Of a DNA stretch of 64,000 nucleotides, positions 61,582 to 64,000 are shown piece by piece. The notes under the pieces are model-generated. The model was not told the DNA's origin, ran no database searches, and was given only the letters and a program-made list of their open reading frames with translations. Within the stretch, counting starts at the first letter, position 1. Each line of letters begins with the position of its first letter. A program made the translations under genes and the position numbers. This DNA is from Candidatus Eiseniibacteriota bacterium (GTDB taxonomy: Bacteria; Eisenbacteria; RBG-16-71-46), in contig CAVSAC010000014.1 in the NCBI GenBank assembly GCA_963725865.1, forward strand, positions 1,408,001 through 1,472,000, given 5' to 3'.

Positions 61582-62262
61582 CTAGAACGATCCGAATCCC
61601 GGCGACCAGTCGGACTTCCAGCCGAGCTGGATCCGATAGTCGGTGTTGCGCACCGAGCCCTGGTACTCGGGCTTGAGCACGTCGATCAGCCCGTAGCAGT
61701 AGCGCCCTTCAAGCGTCAGGCAACGGGCCGGAGGTCCGAACTCGAAGCCGACACCGCCGGCGACCGCGACATCGTAGGACCGCAGCGAGAACCACTCGCC
61801 CTCGTAGTCGTTCCGGTCGGGACCGTTCAGGCGCAGCTTCTCGACCACCTTCCATCCGAGCACCGGGCCGGCCAGGAGGGACGGGCGCACCGAGCCGCTG
61901 CCGAAGTCCATGCGCATCATCACGGGCAGCTCGATGTAGTCGGTGGCGTAGAGCAGCTCGAACTCGCCGAGATAGACGGTGCCGCCGATGTCGGGATCGG
62001 TGACGTGCCCGTACGACGTCCCCTTCATCACGTAGCCCAGCTCGGTCTGGACCGAGAACGTGTTGTTCAGAGGAACGTGGTACGCGATGGCGCCCGCCAT
62101 CCCGGTCTTGGCCTTCGCACCGGGCTCGTTCTCGATGAAGCGGCTGAAGCCGAGTCCGAATCGGGTTTCGAGCGCCGGGCGGCGCTGAGCGGCGGCGGGA
62201 GCCGCCAGAACGGTCACGAGCGCGAGCATCCCCGCGCACCAGCACTGCAAACTGCGGCCCAT
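61582..62262 (-). CDS. Outer membrane beta-barrel protein (PorT/porin-family-like)
   Basis: Signal peptide, SVQTELGYVMKG, YIELPV and LEGRY.YGL patterns, terminal Phe. GGAGG RBS. Confidence 0.8.
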   Translation of the reverse strand: MGRSLQCWCAGMLALVTVLAAPAAAQRRPALETRFGLGFSRFIENEPGAKAKTGMAGAIAYHVPLNNTFSVQTELGYVMKGTSYGHVTDPDIGGTVYLGEFELLYATDYIELPVMMRMDFGSGSVRPSLLAGPVLGWKVVEKLRLNGPDRNDYEGEWFSLRSYDVAVAGGVGFEFGPPARCLTLEGRYCYGLIDVLKPEYQGSVRNTDYRIQLGWKSDWSPGFGSF

Positions 62263-62440
62263 GGACACCTCCGTGTGGACAGATAGCGACTCCACCAAAC
62301 GAAGGAGTTATCGGCCCGCCTGGCCCCGAGCTTGCGCGCTGCGTCGACGCGGCCGGAGCCCGCGCGGGGAGCGCCGGAAGACGGTGCGGCCGGCGGGGCT
62401 GGAGTGCGCGGCCGGCCGCCCGCGCCGCTTCAGGTACCGA

Positions 62441-63328
62441 CTACTCGCCGATGCGCAGGATCGCGGCCATCGCGAGCGTGGCGCCCGTCGACCTGGCGTT
62501 CGTGATCTTGAGCTTCACCGTGCCGCCCATCGAGTAGCTCAGGATCGGCGTCGCGTCGTTCGCCGTGTCCGATTCGACCACGGCGTCGTCGCTGTCGAGC
62601 AGCTTGAGGTCAAGGTCCGCGGCGCGGGCGTCGGCGGCGGCGCAGAACACGTAGCGGTCGTCGCCCAGGTCGATGCCGCTCTGCGTGAGGGCCTCCTCTT
62701 CCTTGAGGATCGTGCCCACCAGCGCCAGCTCGCCTTCGCCGTCGAAGAACGCGGCGCTGCCGAGCTTCTTGTCGATCGCGGTGCACAGCGTGATGAGACG
62801 GGTGTAGGAGGTGGCCAGGTTGCTGGCCGGCACGTCGAACGCACCGTCACGCAGCGTGGCGTAGGCGCAGAAGCTGGCCTTGGCCTGGCAGCCCGCGAGC
62901 TTCATGGTCACGCGATAGCGCCCGTCCTCCTTGGGCGTGAACACGATCACCGGATGGGAGTCCTTCTCGACGTCACGCGCGACGACGTCCCCGGCGGAGT
63001 CCTTCAGGTACAGGTCGAGGTCGGTCACGTCGTCGTCGCCGCCCCCCAGGATGGCGTAGGTGCGGCCGGCCTCGAGCGGGATGCCGGTGCCGATCTCGCC
63101 GTCGACGGCGAGGTAGCCGGCGATGAAGCAGCTGCTGCCGTCATCGAGGCCGAACGGGGTCTTCTCGGTGATCTTCCGCACGCTGGACATGACGCGCACC
63201 ATCGCCTGCGTCATGAACGTGCCGGGGCGCCACGCGGATTCCGCGCTCGCGATCGGTGTGGACGCAAGGAGGAGCACCGCGAGACCGGGGACCAGGAACC
63301 GCACGCGGCGGCCGATGAGGTGCGACAT
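62441..63328 (-). CDS. Secreted protein with two PPC-like beta-sandwich repeats
   Basis: Signal peptide and the repeated motifs DLDLYLKDSAG / DLDLKLLDSD. Confidence 0.7.
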   Translation of the reverse strand: MSHLIGRRVRFLVPGLAVLLLASTPIASAESAWRPGTFMTQAMVRVMSSVRKITEKTPFGLDDGSSCFIAGYLAVDGEIGTGIPLEAGRTYAILGGGDDDVTDLDLYLKDSAGDVVARDVEKDSHPVIVFTPKEDGRYRVTMKLAGCQAKASFCAYATLRDGAFDVPASNLATSYTRLITLCTAIDKKLGSAAFFDGEGELALVGTILKEEEALTQSGIDLGDDRYVFCAAADARAADLDLKLLDSDDAVVESDTANDATPILSYSMGGTVKLKITNARSTGATLAMAAILRIGE

Positions 63329-63364
63329 GATTCGATCTCCCGGCGAATGGACGATCGACCGGCG

Positions 63365-63398
63365 CACGAAGGGCCGGGTCGCGGGACCCGGCCCCTTC
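63365..63398 (-). terminator. Hairpin downstream of pntB
   Basis: The minus strand reads GAAGGGGCCGGGTC-CCGC-GACCCGGCCCTTCGTG. Confidence 0.6.
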
Positions 63399-63419
63399 GC
63401 GCGGTGCATCCGCGTGTCG

Positions 63420-64000
63420 CTACGCCGCCGCCTGCTTGAGCGCCTCGACGAGCCTGCCGATGGCGTTCTTGGCGTCGCCGAAGAACATGTACGTCTTCGG
63501 ATTGTAGTAGATCTCGTTGTCGATGCCGGCGAAGCCCGGCTTGAGGCTGCGCTTCACGACGATGATGTTCTGTGCCTTGTCGGCGTCGAGGATCGGCATA
63601 CCGTAGATCGGGCTGGTCTTGTCGTAGCGCGCCGCGGGATTCACGACGTCGTTCGCGCCGACCACCAGCGCCACGTCGCAGCGCTCGAACTCGGAGTTGA
63701 TCTGCTCGAGATCGTAGAGCTGCTCGTACGGCACGTTGGCCTCGGCCAGCAGCACGTTCATGTGACCGGGCATGCGGCCGGCGACCGGGTGCACGGCGTA
63801 CTTCACGTCGACGCCCTTCGCGGTCAGCATGTCGGCCAGCTCGCGCGTGACGTGCTGGGCCTGGGCGACCGCCATTCCGTAGCCGGGGATGATGATCAGC
63901 GACTGGATATTCGCCAGCAGCATCGCGAGATCGTCGGCCGAGATCTCGCGCGCCGTCTTCGGAGGCCCGCCGGCCGCCGCACCGCCGCCCGCCACCGCCA
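63420..64000 (-). CDS. pntB: NAD(P)+ transhydrogenase subunit beta, 3' part (runs off the window)
   Basis: PGYGMAVAQAQH, HPVAGRMPGHMNVLLAEA, GANDVVNPAA and FGDAK. Confidence 0.96.
   Translation of the reverse strand, partial: AVAGGGAAAGGPPKTAREISADDLAMLLANIQSLIIIPGYGMAVAQAQHVTRELADMLTAKGVDVKYAVHPVAGRMPGHMNVLLAEANVPYEQLYDLEQINSEFERCDVALVVGANDVVNPAARYDKTSPIYGMPILDADKAQNIIVVKRSLKPGFAGIDNEIYYNPKTYMFFGDAKNAIGRLVEALKQAAA

Noticed and set aside
61582..62262. PorT-like barrel as proof of a type IX secretion system
   Set aside because: This barrel family is broad and no other T9SS gene is visible in the window.

Overview
Very GC-rich bacterial chromosomal window with about 55 CDS. It comes from a diderm organism (TolC, a TonB-dependent receptor and an outer-membrane beta-barrel are present). 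The gene style and the C-terminal [ST]WGxLKxxYR proteins suggest Ca. Eisenbacteria or a related FCB-group candidate phylum, which is my inference only. Recognisable modules are: mutY back-to-back with a SirB1/TPR gene; a TetR-TolC-MFP-RND efflux operon; a TPP riboswitch ahead of a sodium:solute symporter and a TonB-dependent receptor (thiamine uptake); a NERD nuclease-SF1 helicase; a rhomboid protease; type III glutamine synthetase; tag; solA; a MATE transporter; a split oppA/oppBC; a cytochrome b plus MsrP-like molybdoenzyme pair; an xdh-type three-subunit molybdenum hydroxylase; an ADP-forming acyl-CoA ligase; dihydropyrimidinase; a degenerate DUF222-like/HNH element; mddA; and the 3' end of pntB. 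I saw no rRNA, tRNA or CRISPR array. Several single-base frameshifts in otherwise intact genes suggest sequencing or assembly indels. The most interesting signals are (1) a shared terminal motif TxAxxx[ST]WGxLKxxYR* on two otherwise dissimilar secreted Cys-rich proteins, a candidate protein-sorting signal; (2) a beta-clamp-type QLDIF motif inserted in the NERD-helicase; (3) DNA palindromes inside the HNH element plus a hairpin-rich leader; (4) a histone-like basic tail on the 2Fe-2S subunit; and (5) candidate structured RNA leaders.
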